A DNA stretch of 64,000 nucleotides from contig CAWIKF010000001.1 in assembly GCA_963836755.1 (NCBI GenBank), positions 384,001-448,000 on the forward strand. Direction: 5' to 3'. The stretch is from an uncultured Verrucomicrobiae bacterium. Lineage in GTDB: Bacteria > Verrucomicrobiota > Verrucomicrobiia > Chthoniobacterales > Chthoniobacteraceae. Position numbers and translations under genes: made by a program. Below, piece by piece: positions 36,959 to 47,161 of the stretch. Under the pieces are notes generated by a model. It was given only the letters and a program-made list of their open reading frames with translations, ran no database searches and had not been told where the DNA came from. Within the stretch, counting starts at the first letter, position 1, and every line of letters starts with the position of its first letter.

Positions 36959-37692
36959 CTCTCGACGCGATTCTTCCAGCCTGCGAGCCAGCGTTCCTCG
37001 TGACGTGCCGGCGGTGAATTTTGCACGCGGCGCGCGAGCACCTTTTTAGCGGCATCGGAAAATGCGCGCACATCGCCGCCGTTCATCGTCTCGAGCACCT
37101 GCAGCAGTCCCCAGCCCGCGCCTTTGTAACGCTCGGTTGCCAGCGTCCCTTCGCCTTTGAAATTTGTGTAGTCAATCAGCGCGAACACCCCGCGCGGAGT
37201 TTGCTTCAGTCGCTCGAATTCGCGCTGCACTTTTTCACGTTTGGATGGATCGGCTTCCGCGAGCATTTTCGGCAGCGACTCTTCCATCCGCTCCACCAAA
37301 AACGCAGTCTGCGCGGGAATCGTGTCGGCCAAAAATTTCCGCAAGAAAGACATCTGGTCGCTCCCAAATCCACGCAGAAACTCGGTGCGGGAATTCCACG
37401 GGCACGGTCCCATCATCCACGCCTCCGTCTTCACGCTTCGCGCAGCGAGGAATCGCATGAGTTTGGGAAAACTTTCGTCGAACGGCCCGCGTTTTCCCGC
37501 CGGATACCAGATGAAATGGCCGATGCCGAGCGACGCGAAATCTTCGCCGGCGTTCCATGAGGTGAGGCCTTTCAACGTGCCCGCACATTCATTTTGCCAG
37601 ACTTTGTGGCCAATCTTCGTCAACTCGGCGGACGACATTTCGCCGCGAGCCGAGAGAGAAAGCAAAAGTGAGCAGAGCAGGAGAAATTTCAT
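36940..37692 (-). CDS. Secreted hypothetical protein
   Basis: Signal peptide [42 protein letters not shown] and GWGLLQVL motifs. Confidence 0.8.
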
Positions 37693-37785
37693 GAGGTCAA
37701 ATTGAGCGGACGCCACGAAAGCGCAATGCGAAGAACTTTGGATTGAGCGGCCCAAAGCATATAGCTAATCTCGCATTCTTTCCCC

Positions 37786-39732
37786 ATGAGCCAGAATATC
37801 GATTCCTATCTCGTCGAAAATCGCGTCTTCAAACCGGCGAAGGATTTTTCGAAAAAGGCGCACGTTAAAAGCCTCGCGGATTACCAGGCAAGATATCGCG
37901 AATCGATTGCGAAGCCCGATAAGTTCTGGGCGCGCGAGGCATCGGAACTTTTGTGGCAGCAGAAATGGACGAAGGTTTTGGAATGGAAGGAGCCTTTTGC
38001 AAAATGGTTCGTCGGCGGCAAAATCAACGTGTCGGAGAATTGCCTCGACCGGCATTTGTCCGGCGCGCGGCGGAACAAGGCGGCGATCATTTTCGAAGGC
38101 GAACCGGGCGAAAAGCGGACGCTGACTTATCAGCAACTGCATCGTGAAGTTTGCAAATTCGCGAACGTGCTCAAGCGGAACAAAATCAAAAAAGGCGACC
38201 GCGTCATCATCTACATGCCGATGATCCCGGAGGCCGCAGTGGCGATGCTGGCGTGTGCGCGGATCGGCGCGGTGCATTCGGTCGTGTTTGGCGGATTTTC
38301 GGCGGAGAGCATCAAGGACCGGATCGCCGACAGCAAGGCAACTGCGGTCATCACGGCAGACGGTGGATACCGACGCGGCGCGATTGTTCCGCTAAAACAG
38401 AACGTCGACGAAGCGTTAAAAACCAGTTCAGAGGTGAAACGCGTCATCGTCTTCCGCCGCGTGGGCAACGACATCCACATTGAGGAGGGGCGCGATGTCT
38501 GGTGGCACCGGGAGATGGAATACGTGAACGCGGAGTGCAAGGCGGAGCCGCTCGACAGCGAGCATCCGCTTTTCATCCTTTATACAAGCGGCTCGACGGG
38601 CAAACCGAAGGGGATTTTGCACACGACCGGCGGCTATCTGCTCGGCGCGTATTGCACCACGAAATACGTCTTCGACATGCGCGACGAAGATCTTTACTGG
38701 TGCACCGCCGATGTCGGCTGGGTCACCGGCCACAGCTACGTCGTCTACGGTCCGCTCGCGAATGGTGCGACGACTTTCATGTATGAAGGCGCGCCGAATG
38801 CGCCCGACTGGAGTCGCTGGTGGAAGATGATCGAGGAGTATCGGATCACGATTCTTTATACCGCGCCGACTGCGATTCGCGCCTTCATCAAGGCGGGCGA
38901 CAACTTTGTTAAAGAACATGATCTCACTTCGTTGCGCCTGCTCGGCAGCGTCGGCGAGCCGATCAATCCCGAAGCTTGGATCTGGTATCACGAAAAAATC
39001 GGCGGCGGCCGCTGCCCGATTGTCGACACGTGGTGGCAAACCGAAACGGGCGGGATCATGATCACGCCATTGCCCGGTGCGACGCCGACCAAACCGGGCT
39101 CGGCAACGCTGCCGTTTTTCGGCGTGGATGCAGCGATTGTGGACGACGACGGAAAGGAAGTCGGCCCCAATGTCGGCGGAAAATTGGTCATCCGGAAACC
39201 GTGGCCGTCGATGCTGCGCACGATTTACGGAGATAAAACTCGCTATAAACAAGCGTATTGGAGCGAGATCAAAGGAATGTATCTCGCGGGCGACGGCGCG
39301 CGGCGCGACAAGGACGGATATTTCTGGATCGTCGGTCGCATTGACGATGTGCTGAACGTCGCCGGCCATCGCCTCGGCACCAGCGAAGTGGAAAGCGCGC
39401 TTGTGTCGCATCCTGCCGTCGCGGAGGCCGCGGTAGTCGGGAAGCCCGATGAAATCAAGGGTCAGGGCGTAGTCGCATTTGTGACGGTGTGCAGCGGCGT
39501 AAAAGCCGACGCGGCTTTGCGCGAAGCTTTGCGCAAGCATGTGGGCGAAATGATCGGCCCGATCGCGAAGCCGGACGAAATCCGTTTTGCCGAGGCGCTG
39601 CCGAAAACGCGCAGCGGAAAAATCATGCGCCGTTTGCTCAAGGAAGTCGCTTCCGGAAATTCCGTGACCGGCGACACGACGGCGCTTGAGGATCTCAGCG
39701 TATTGGCGCGCCTGAGCAAGACCGAGGAGTGA
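37786..39732 (+). CDS. acs: Acetyl-CoA synthetase
   Basis: [21 protein letters not shown] and [11 protein letters not shown] motifs. Confidence 0.97.
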   Translation: MSQNIDSYLVENRVFKPAKDFSKKAHVKSLADYQARYRESIAKPDKFWAREASELLWQQKWTKVLEWKEPFAKWFVGGKINVSENCLDRHLSGARRNKAAIIFEGEPGEKRTLTYQQLHREVCKFANVLKRNKIKKGDRVIIYMPMIPEAAVAMLACARIGAVHSVVFGGFSAESIKDRIADSKATAVITADGGYRRGAIVPLKQNVDEALKTSSEVKRVIVFRRVGNDIHIEEGRDVWWHREMEYVNAECKAEPLDSEHPLFILYTSGSTGKPKGILHTTGGYLLGAYCTTKYVFDMRDEDLYWCTADVGWVTGHSYVVYGPLANGATTFMYEGAPNAPDWSRWWKMIEEYRITILYTAPTAIRAFIKAGDNFVKEHDLTSLRLLGSVGEPINPEAWIWYHEKIGGGRCPIVDTWWQTETGGIMITPLPGATPTKPGSATLPFFGVDAAIVDDDGKEVGPNVGGKLVIRKPWPSMLRTIYGDKTRYKQAYWSEIKGMYLAGDGARRDKDGYFWIVGRIDDVLNVAGHRLGTSEVESALVSHPAVAEAAVVGKPDEIKGQGVVAFVTVCSGVKADAALREALRKHVGEMIGPIAKPDEIRFAEALPKTRSGKIMRRLLKEVASGNSVTGDTTALEDLSVLARLSKTEE

Positions 39733-39741
39733 CGCGCGAAT

Positions 39742-40764
39742 TTGCAGACTTCTTTTTTCGTCATCGGGCTGCGTGAAATTGCGCGAAAACTCTTTCGCAT
39801 ATTTTTGCGCATCACACATTTGTTACAGCGGCGAAGACTCAACCGCGCCGAGTTTGACCTCGGTTGGCTTGGATGGCAGCAGGCGGAATTTTTCGGCACG
39901 GAAGTGCAGGCGCAGATCGAAAAAATCCAGCAGTTCGAGAAGGAACAGGCACGTCTTCTCAATCTTTCGGCTGACCACGCGGCCGCTTTGCGACGGCTCG
40001 AAGAACGCCGGCAGGCAGCGCGCGACAACTTTGAAAGCGACGCCGCGGAAAAGAGAACCCAACGCGAGCAGGTGGAAAAACATCTCGCAGAGACCGAACT
40101 CAAGCTTGATGAAAACAAGGCTGCAGCAAAACGTTTTTCCGAGGCGCTGAGAGAATTGGAGAAACTGCCGGACGTTTTAACAGATCGTTACAACGCGCTG
40201 ATGGCAGTCGCGCAAGTCACTGATGAAATTCGCGAGGAGCGGCTGCGCGTGCATGATTTGCGCGCGAACATTCCGTCGGAGCGGCAGGATTTGGCGAAGC
40301 GGGAACTCGCAGTGACGCGGGAAATTTCCCAGCTTGAATCCGGTTTGTCAGCTGCGCGGGCGCAGCGTTCGATGCTTCTCGAGGCGGAGCAAAAGGCGCT
40401 TGAGACGTTTGAAAATGAAGATCGTGAATTCGCCAAGCGAGTGGCCGCAAGCCAGCGCCAGATCAAGGTTTCCGAGCGCCGCTCGAAAACGCTCGACGCG
40501 AAAAAGCGGGAGCCGTTTTTGCTTGTTGGTCGCTGCCTGGCCGATCACGAAATTGCTCCGATGAATCAGCCGGCGACGCTTGAGCGCGTGCATGAATGCC
40601 GGGCGAAAGTGGCTGCCATCGCGGAAAAAATCGCGGCCTCGCGCGCGGAATCTGCGGAAGTGCCGGCGACGTCGTTGGTATATTTCTACGTGCTGCTGAT
40701 CCTCGCGCTCGCTGCGATCATTTTTCTCGCGATGCATGCACGCGGCGGACGCTTTCCTCAATGA
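39742..40764 (+). CDS. Coiled-coil protein with C-terminal membrane anchor
   Basis: Long E/R/A/Q/L-rich helical stretch ending in LVYFYVLLILALAAIIFLA; start uncertain. Confidence 0.7.
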   Translation: MQTSFFVIGLREIARKLFRIFLRITHLLQRRRLNRAEFDLGWLGWQQAEFFGTEVQAQIEKIQQFEKEQARLLNLSADHAAALRRLEERRQAARDNFESDAAEKRTQREQVEKHLAETELKLDENKAAAKRFSEALRELEKLPDVLTDRYNALMAVAQVTDEIREERLRVHDLRANIPSERQDLAKRELAVTREISQLESGLSAARAQRSMLLEAEQKALETFENEDREFAKRVAASQRQIKVSERRSKTLDAKKREPFLLVGRCLADHEIAPMNQPATLERVHECRAKVAAIAEKIAASRAESAEVPATSLVYFYVLLILALAAIIFLAMHARGGRFPQ

Positions 40765-41485
40765 TCGCAACTTGCGCGCGCACACGACGGTCGAGCGCGA
40801 ACTCCGATGGCGTCTCGATCGTAAACGTGCGGTCGGCGTGATGAAGATGCAGATAGGGCGCTTCTGGCAGACCCATTTTTTTGAAAACGCGGAGGGTGAT
40901 TTTGCGACGGAAGACGCCGTTGCGGAAAGGTCGGCCATCGACGCGCGGCCGCGGGTCGATGGGAATAATTTTGCGCGCCGCTTTTAGTAAACCTTCGCCC
41001 CAATGCGGCTTCAGCTTCTGCACTTCGTAAAGGTAAAGCCCCTGCCCGTCAAAGTCCTCGTGCAGCATCAGCGCGAGCGGGAAATGCATCGGCTTGATGA
41101 GCTCTTTCAGCGCGCGTAACGCGGCGATTTTGTCGTCTTGAAAAAGTCGATTCAGGTCGCGGCGCAGATCGTCGTTGCGGCTGTTATTGACAAGTCCCCA
41201 CGGATTTAAACAAGGGAAAATGATGAACGGATGTTGGGCAAACAGCCTCACATTTTTTTCTGCCCATGCGAGGCAAGCTTCAGGGCCTGCGGGCTCGTCG
41301 CCATGGATGCCGGTGGAAATGTAAATCGCCCCGGTTTTCGGCAGACGCTTCGTTTTTAAAAAATAGACCGGATAGCCGCCGACTTCGGCGAAGCGGCGCA
41401 TGATGAGACCGCCCTTGCGCGCGAGTGCGCGCCAACGTTGGATGAGAAAGCGGTAGTCGTGGGCGCGGTGCTTCGTGACGTCCAT
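40718..41485 (-). CDS. M14-family zinc carboxypeptidase/amidase
   Basis: GIHGDEPAG, PCLNPWG, DLNR, LHED and TIETP motifs. Confidence 0.85.
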   Translation of the reverse strand: MDVTKHRAHDYRFLIQRWRALARKGGLIMRRFAEVGGYPVYFLKTKRLPKTGAIYISTGIHGDEPAGPEACLAWAEKNVRLFAQHPFIIFPCLNPWGLVNNSRNDDLRRDLNRLFQDDKIAALRALKELIKPMHFPLALMLHEDFDGQGLYLYEVQKLKPHWGEGLLKAARKIIPIDPRPRVDGRPFRNGVFRRKITLRVFKKMGLPEAPYLHLHHADRTFTIETPSEFALDRRVRAQVAIIEESVRRVHASREK

Positions 41486-42870
41486 CAGAGCGCGGCGAGC
41501 AGCTTTTCGTGGATGCCGCCGAAACCGCCGTTGCTGAAAATGACAATTACGTCGCCGCTGCGCGCGAGCGGCTGGATGCGCGCGATGATGTTTTCCACGC
41601 TCGGCTCGTAAAACGCGGGCTTGCCGGCCGCTGAGATCTCTGCGACGACGCCCTCGGGATTGAGCCGCTCGTGCTCGGGAATTTGCTCCAGCTTTGCGAC
41701 CTGCGCGAGGATCACGCCGTCTGCGAGGCCGAGCGCAGCGGGAAGTTGTTTTTGAAAAACGGCGCGTCGGGTGGTGTTCGACCGCGGCTCAAAAATCGCC
41801 CAGATTCGGCTGCCAGAATATTGATGGCGCAGACCGGCCAGCGTTTCGCGAATGGCTGTCGGGTGATGTCCAAAGTCGTCGACAACCTTGATCCCATGCG
41901 CTTCTCCGCGGATTTCCTGACGACGCTTCACGCCGGTAAAACTGGCGACCGCGCGCTGGATCACCTCGAGAGGCACGCCGTAGAAACGCGCGGCCGAGAT
42001 TGCCATTGCAGCATTCCGGACGTTGTATTCGCCGACGCACTGGATGTTGAACTTTGTATCGAAGAGCGTAAACGAAGAGCCGTGCGCATTGTAAGCGGCG
42101 TCGCGAATCTTGTTCGCGGCATTTGGTGAAAAGCCGACTTCCACAATTGGTGCGGGACAAGTTTTGCCGACATCCACGCAGTTCGCGTCATCGCTGTTGA
42201 GCAGCACCATTCCGTTTGACGGCACGATGTTCAACAGTCTGCGGAAGCTGAGCTTGATTGCCGCGAGATCGTCGAAGATGTCGGCGTGGTCAAACTCAAT
42301 GTTGTTCACGATCACCAGCTCGGGCAGGTAGTGGACAAACTTTGACCGCTTGTCGAAAAACGCTGTGTCGTATTCGTCCCCCTCGATCACAAAATATCGC
42401 GAGTCGCGCAGGCATGCGCCCTGGCCGAGATCGCGCGGAATGCCGCCGATCATGTAGCCGGGCGCGAGGCCACCGCATTCCAAAATCCACGCGAGCAGCG
42501 AAGTCGTGGTCGTTTTTCCATGCGTTCCGGTGACGACGAGGTTATGCCGACCGCGCAAGAAAAATTCCTTCAGCGTCTCAGGCAGCGACAAGTAGTAAAG
42601 TTTGCGGTTCAGCACCGCTTCGGCCTCGGGATTGCCGCGCCGGATCGCGTTGCCGACCACGATCAAGTCCGCGTCCGGCGGCAGATTTTCCGCGGCATAC
42701 GGCGTGGTCAGTTTCACGCCTTTCTCCTCGAGAAATGTGGACATCGGCGGGTAAATGTTTTCGTCCGAACCGCTCACAGTGAAATTCCGTTCGCGGAGCG
42801 CCGCGGCGACCGAGCCCATTGCGGTCCCGCAGATGCCGAGGAAATGAATGTGGCGGATCTCGTCTCGCAT
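41485..42870 (-). CDS. mpl: UDP-MurNAc:L-Ala-gamma-D-Glu-meso-DAP ligase (murein tripeptide ligase)
   Basis: GICGTAMG, YPPMST, GTHGKTTT, EGDEYDTAFFDKRSKF, EFDHADIF and FEPRSNT motifs. Confidence 0.93.
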   Translation of the reverse strand: MRDEIRHIHFLGICGTAMGSVAAALRERNFTVSGSDENIYPPMSTFLEEKGVKLTTPYAAENLPPDADLIVVGNAIRRGNPEAEAVLNRKLYYLSLPETLKEFFLRGRHNLVVTGTHGKTTTTSLLAWILECGGLAPGYMIGGIPRDLGQGACLRDSRYFVIEGDEYDTAFFDKRSKFVHYLPELVIVNNIEFDHADIFDDLAAIKLSFRRLLNIVPSNGMVLLNSDDANCVDVGKTCPAPIVEVGFSPNAANKIRDAAYNAHGSSFTLFDTKFNIQCVGEYNVRNAAMAISAARFYGVPLEVIQRAVASFTGVKRRQEIRGEAHGIKVVDDFGHHPTAIRETLAGLRHQYSGSRIWAIFEPRSNTTRRAVFQKQLPAALGLADGVILAQVAKLEQIPEHERLNPEGVVAEISAAGKPAFYEPSVENIIARIQPLARSGDVIVIFSNGGFGGIHEKLLAAL

Positions 42871-42924
42871 GAGAGCCGCACAAATTAAAATAAACGGCGC
42901 GCAAGGGAAGCGCTTTGTTCCAGC

Positions 42925-43905
42925 CTATTTTGCCGGCGCGCCGAGATATTGCACGCCGACGGCGACTGTCAGTGACGCCTCGGTCTTTTGCTGGGGGCGA
43001 GGCGCCCCGAGAAACAGCGCGTAAAAGTCCGGATCAATGTCACTGGTGGTCGCGGGCTTTCCTTTTTCAACGCCAATGCTCGTGGTCAAAGTTCGGAGCA
43101 GAACACGACGCGGCGCCTGCTGCCGGTCGACTGTATAGACAACGACTTGCGGAGTGATTTGAAGCGCGGCACCGGTTTCGAGCAGCTCCGGAGTGATCAC
43201 CAGCTCCGTCGCCGCGGCTTTCCATTCCGGCTCGTTCGCGGGAATCGCCCCGAGGTTGAGCGCGCAGTCATACAAAGCCGTCGGCGCTGCGACGCTGCCG
43301 CAGACCGCCACAATCATTGATTTTCCAGCAGCCGCCGTGGCCGTCAACTTTCGCGTGATGCCGCCGGCGAGCCCCGTTTCGCTCATCCGCACCTCCGGAT
43401 TGACCGTTGCGTAGCCGGTCGGCGCAAGGTTGAGGATCGTGCCGGGCTCCGCGCGGCGCGTCGTAAACTCGCGCGGCGTGCCCGGGACGATCACGACTTT
43501 GCCGCCGGGCTGTGGAAGAATCCGCGGGGCACCATAGATCCGCGGAACCGCTACCTCGTAATCTACGACCGGCTCCTGCGGTAAAACTTCGCGCGTCACG
43601 CGGTGGGTGCCGGCGTTCACGGTGATCGCGACGGAAATCATTGCGGGGGCGTTCCGCGCTTCCTGCAATGCGTGCGCGGCGGCTTCGATTTTTTCTGGAT
43701 TGTCAAAAAGCCGCACCATGCCGTTTGCCAGAATCACGAAGCGGCCTTGTGGCGAAAGAGTCTGGCGCAAAAGTTCGGTCACCGTCGCGGTCGGCAGGTA
43801 ACCGACGGGCGCATCGCGAAAAGTTCCCGCCGCAGCGGCACATCGCAGCGGCAAAATCGCGCAGATCAGCCAGCTCGCGGCGGCGCCGAGCAGAGCTTTC
43901 GTCAT
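42925..43905 (-). CDS. Secreted protein with secretin N-domain-like segment
   Basis: Signal peptide, then LRQTLSPQGRF....VRLFDNPEKIE....P resembling a NolW-like/N3 repeat, then a beta-rich remainder. Confidence 0.5.
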   Translation of the reverse strand: MTKALLGAAASWLICAILPLRCAAAAGTFRDAPVGYLPTATVTELLRQTLSPQGRFVILANGMVRLFDNPEKIEAAAHALQEARNAPAMISVAITVNAGTHRVTREVLPQEPVVDYEVAVPRIYGAPRILPQPGGKVVIVPGTPREFTTRRAEPGTILNLAPTGYATVNPEVRMSETGLAGGITRKLTATAAAGKSMIVAVCGSVAAPTALYDCALNLGAIPANEPEWKAAATELVITPELLETGAALQITPQVVVYTVDRQQAPRRVLLRTLTTSIGVEKGKPATTSDIDPDFYALFLGAPRPQQKTEASLTVAVGVQYLGAPAK

Positions 43906-43966
43906 GCGTGAAAGGTGCGCCCGTTTGCGCCTCGAGACAAGCTCGCGGGGCAAAATCGCGCGCGCG

Positions 43967-44377
43967 TCAGGCGTTGCGCGGCTCGGTTTTCGTGCGGCGC
44001 AATTCAAAAATGCGCACCAGCACAAACGCGATCAAGGCGATGATGAAAAAAACCAGCAGCACCTCGGCGATGCCTTGCAGCACGTCGATGATCGTCCGGT
44101 AAACTTCCAGAATCCAGCGGTCGCGATTCAACTCCACGATCTCCGCGCCCTTCACCACCGGCTTCGTGATGTATTTCTCGAGATCGTAAATGCGGACGCC
44201 GCTGGAGATGCCGACGACGTAGATCGCGAACATCAAATATTTACGCCATGCGGCAAAAATATCGTCGCCGATGATACGCTTCAGGATTTGATCAACCGGT
44301 TTTTTGAAAGCCGCGGCGACGACGACCGAGACGACCGTCGCGATGAGGAAAGTCACGAGCAGGAGCGTGAGGAACAT
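43967..44377 (-). CDS. Hypothetical membrane protein (three TM helices)
   Basis: Three hydrophobic helices; AWRKYLMFAIYVVGISSG and RWILEVYRT segments. Confidence 0.8.
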   Translation of the reverse strand: MFLTLLLVTFLIATVVSVVVAAAFKKPVDQILKRIIGDDIFAAWRKYLMFAIYVVGISSGVRIYDLEKYITKPVVKGAEIVELNRDRWILEVYRTIIDVLQGIAEVLLVFFIIALIAFVLVRIFELRRTKTEPRNA

Positions 44378-44431
44378 GGCTGCTTCTTAGCGCGAGCGGT
44401 CGCGGAGGCGCAAATCAAAAGCCGTCGGCGC

Positions 44432-44462
44432 AAAAAAAGCCCGATCATTTCTGATCGGGCTT
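44432..44462 (-). terminator. Intrinsic terminator
   Basis: Minus strand reads AAGCCCGATCA-GAAA-TGATCGGGC-TTTTTTT. Confidence 0.9.
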
Positions 44463-44520
44463 GGCCAAGGAACGAGCGTTTAAGTTTTAGTAGTGTTTTA
44501 AGTGTCTTCCAGGCTCGCCT
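44432..44520 (-). ncRNA. Candidate sigma54-dependent small RNA (~88 nt)
   Basis: ORF-less stretch between a -24/-12 promoter and a terminator; 5' GGCGAGC pairs with GCTCGTT around a 35-nt A/C-rich loop. Confidence 0.65.
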
Positions 44521-44529
44521 TCCTTATTT

Positions 44530-44546
44530 AGCAGCCGCCGTGCCAA
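44530..44546 (-). promoter_or_regulatory. Sigma54 (RpoN) -24/-12 promoter
   Basis: Minus strand TTGGCACGGCGGCTGCT compared with consensus YTGGCACG-N4-TTGCW: exact GG-N10-GC spacing and one mismatch. Confidence 0.8.
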
Positions 44547-44640
44547 GCCGCCGCACGTTTTTTCCCCGGGGAAATTTGAGTGTGCCCGCAGGGTGAAAAC
44601 ATTTGCGGACGAGACGTTGTGGGCTACTTTCGATGCCCTT

Positions 44641-45093
44641 ATGACTTTTCAGGAACGCATCGACAACGATTTGAAGGAGGCGATGAAGGCGAAAAACGCC
44701 GACAAACTCGCCGTCCTCCGCATGTTGAAAGCTGCGCTCAAGAACGCCGCGATCGAGAAAGGCGGCGCCTCCGCGCAGCTCGACGAGGCCGAGGCAGTGG
44801 CAATCGTGCGCAAGCAGGCGAAGCAGCGCCAGGATTCGATCGAAGGCTTTGAGAAAGGTCATCGGCCCGAACTAGCGGAAAAGGAAAAAGAAGAGCTCGC
44901 GTTTTTAAATGAATATCTGCCGCAGCCGCTCGATGCGGAAGCGCTCAGCCAGCTCGTGCGCGAATCGATTGCTGAGGCGGGCGCGACGTCGAAGGCGCAG
45001 ATGGGCGCGGTGATGAAAATCGCCAGCGCGAAGGCGGCCGGACGCGCTGATGGCCGCGCATTGAGCGCGGAAGTCCAGAAGCAGTTGTCTTGA
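44641..45093 (+). CDS. GatB/YqeY domain protein
   Basis: DLKEAMKAK, KQRQDSIE.F, YLPQPL, MGAVMK and GRADG motifs. Confidence 0.93.
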   Translation: MTFQERIDNDLKEAMKAKNADKLAVLRMLKAALKNAAIEKGGASAQLDEAEAVAIVRKQAKQRQDSIEGFEKGHRPELAEKEKEELAFLNEYLPQPLDAEALSQLVRESIAEAGATSKAQMGAVMKIASAKAAGRADGRALSAEVQKQLS

Positions 45094-45116
45094 AAAAGTC
45101 CGCACCGACGACGCCC

Positions 45117-45800
45117 ATGATCACCGCCGTCATCGTGGCCGCGGGCAGCAGCCGGCGCATGGGTTTTGACAAGCTCCTCGCGCTCCTCGCGGGCAAGCCG
45201 GTGCTGGCGCATTCCATCTCGGCGTTCGAGCGCAGCCCGGAGGTCAGCAGCATCATTTTGGTCACCAAACGGGAGCGGCTCGCGGAATTCAAAGAACTTT
45301 GCTCCGCACAAAAGTTCCGCAAGGTCAGCAAAATCATCGCCGGCGGCGCGGAACGCCATCTCTCTGTCTGGCGCGGCCTCAAAGCGGTGAGCGGCGACAC
45401 GCAGTTCATCGCCATCCACGATGGCGCGCGGCCGCTGACCACGCCGGCGTTGATTCGTGATTGCCTGCTCCTCGCGCAGGAAACCGGCGCGGCTTGCTGC
45501 GCGTCGCAGGTGCCCGACACCGTGAAGCGCGCGGACGACCAGCAATTCGTCAGCGAGAGCGTCGAGCGTTCGGGACTTTGGACGATGCAGACGCCGCAAA
45601 TTTTTTCGACGACGGTCATTCTTCAGGCTTACTCAAACGTCATCGCGCACAAGGAATCCGTCACCGACGAAGTCTCGGCCGTGCAGCGGATTGGCAAGAA
45701 AATCAGCCTGTTGCGCAATGAGGACTGGAACTTTAAGATAACCCTCCCGCGTGACCTCGAGCTGGCCGAGCACGTTCTGGCCTCGCGCGGCGAAATTTAA
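45117..45800 (+). CDS. ispD: 2-C-methyl-D-erythritol 4-phosphate cytidylyltransferase
   Basis: AAGSSRRMG.DK, GGAER..SV, IHDGARP, QTPQ and NFKIT motifs. Confidence 0.95.
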   Translation: MITAVIVAAGSSRRMGFDKLLALLAGKPVLAHSISAFERSPEVSSIILVTKRERLAEFKELCSAQKFRKVSKIIAGGAERHLSVWRGLKAVSGDTQFIAIHDGARPLTTPALIRDCLLLAQETGAACCASQVPDTVKRADDQQFVSESVERSGLWTMQTPQIFSTTVILQAYSNVIAHKESVTDEVSAVQRIGKKISLLRNEDWNFKITLPRDLELAEHVLASRGEI

Positions 45801-45802
45801 CC

Positions 45803-47071
45803 ATGGCCTACGAATACCACCTCTCCCGACTGCCGAACGGCATCCGCATCGCCTCGGTCGAAATGCCGCACATGCAGAGCGTCAGCGTCGGCATTTGGGC
45901 CGGCATCGGCGGGCGTTACGAGACTCAGCGGCAGAGCGGCATCTCGCATTTCATTGAGCACCTGATGTTCAAGGGGACCAAGAACCGCTCGGCGAAACAG
46001 ATCATCGAATCGGTCGAGGGAATCGGCGGCTATCTCAATGCCTTCACCACTGAGGACCACACTTGCTATTACGCAAAAGCCGCCGCGCCGCATCTCCCGC
46101 AGCTCTGCGACGTGCTCGCCGACATGTATCGCCACTCGACATTCGAGCCGAGCGAGATCGAGCGCGAGCGCGACGTCATTCGCGAGGAAATCCTGATGTA
46201 TAAAGACAATCCGGCGCAGCACGCGCAGGAACTTTTATCCGAAACAATGTGGCCTGCGCATCCGCTCGGCCGCCCGCTGACCGGCACGGTTGAGACCATC
46301 TCGCGGTTGAAACGCCCGCAGCTGATGAGTTTCATGAATCAGCATTACAACGGCCGCACCACCATCGTCACCGTCGCGGGAAAAGCGAAGCACGACGACG
46401 TCCTCGCCGCATTCGGTTCAAAGCTCGCCGCCGTTCCTGCCGGGCGCACACCGCGCTACGCCCGCAGCCGTTTCCGGCACGGCGAAGCGAAGCTTTCACT
46501 CGTGACGCAGGATACCGAGCAGACGCATTTGGCGATGGGATTTTACGCCTTTGGCCGGTCCGATGAGCGCCGCTTCGCGCTCAAACTTCTCAGCGTGATT
46601 TTGGGCGAAAACATGAGCTCCCGCCTTTTCCAAAAGCTGCGTGAGAAATACGGCTTCTGCTACTCCGTCCAAACCGGCATGGTCTCGCTCGCCGACGCGG
46701 GAATGATCAACATTTACGCCGGGCTCGACACCTCCAAACTCGCCCGCGCCGTCCGCGTCATCATGCAAGAGCTCCAGCGCATCTGCCAGAAAGCCCCCAG
46801 CCGCGGCGAACTTCGCAAAGCGCAGGACTACACCATCGGCCAGACCTTGATGGGGCTCGAGAGCACCACCAACCAGATGATGTGGATGGGTGAATCGATC
46901 CTCGGCTACGGCAAAATCCTCGACCCTGCCGACGTGGAAAAAAGGATCATGAGCGTCACGCCGGAGCAGGTGAAAGAGGTCGCATGTCATTGCCTCGACC
47001 GCGCGCGGCTCGGCCTCGCCATCGTCGGCCCCGTGAAGGATCGCGAGGAAATCCAGAGCTGGGTGGGCTAA
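45803..47071 (+). CDS. M16-family (pitrilysin-like) zinc peptidase
   Basis: HFIEH inverted zinc motif; NAFT and SSRLFQ.LRE..G..YSV. Confidence 0.93.
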   Translation: MAYEYHLSRLPNGIRIASVEMPHMQSVSVGIWAGIGGRYETQRQSGISHFIEHLMFKGTKNRSAKQIIESVEGIGGYLNAFTTEDHTCYYAKAAAPHLPQLCDVLADMYRHSTFEPSEIERERDVIREEILMYKDNPAQHAQELLSETMWPAHPLGRPLTGTVETISRLKRPQLMSFMNQHYNGRTTIVTVAGKAKHDDVLAAFGSKLAAVPAGRTPRYARSRFRHGEAKLSLVTQDTEQTHLAMGFYAFGRSDERRFALKLLSVILGENMSSRLFQKLREKYGFCYSVQTGMVSLADAGMINIYAGLDTSKLARAVRVIMQELQRICQKAPSRGELRKAQDYTIGQTLMGLESTTNQMMWMGESILGYGKILDPADVEKRIMSVTPEQVKEVACHCLDRARLGLAIVGPVKDREEIQSWVG

Positions 47072-47161
47072 CGCGCTCATTCCCCCGATCCCGCCCGGTT
47101 TTTTCTGCGAGAAGGCTGTTGGCTTTTCGTCCGATGCATCTATTTTAGCGCTCTCTTTTTT

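Noticed and set aside
38428..39819. Long antisense ORFs (this one, also 12411-13775, 46496-47887, 53337-54434, 61740-62708)
   Set aside because: They lie opposite well-supported genes, have no motifs, and are expected in high-GC coding DNA.
47072..47161. tRNA upstream of tig
   Set aside because: No cloverleaf or T-loop GTTCRA motif is present.
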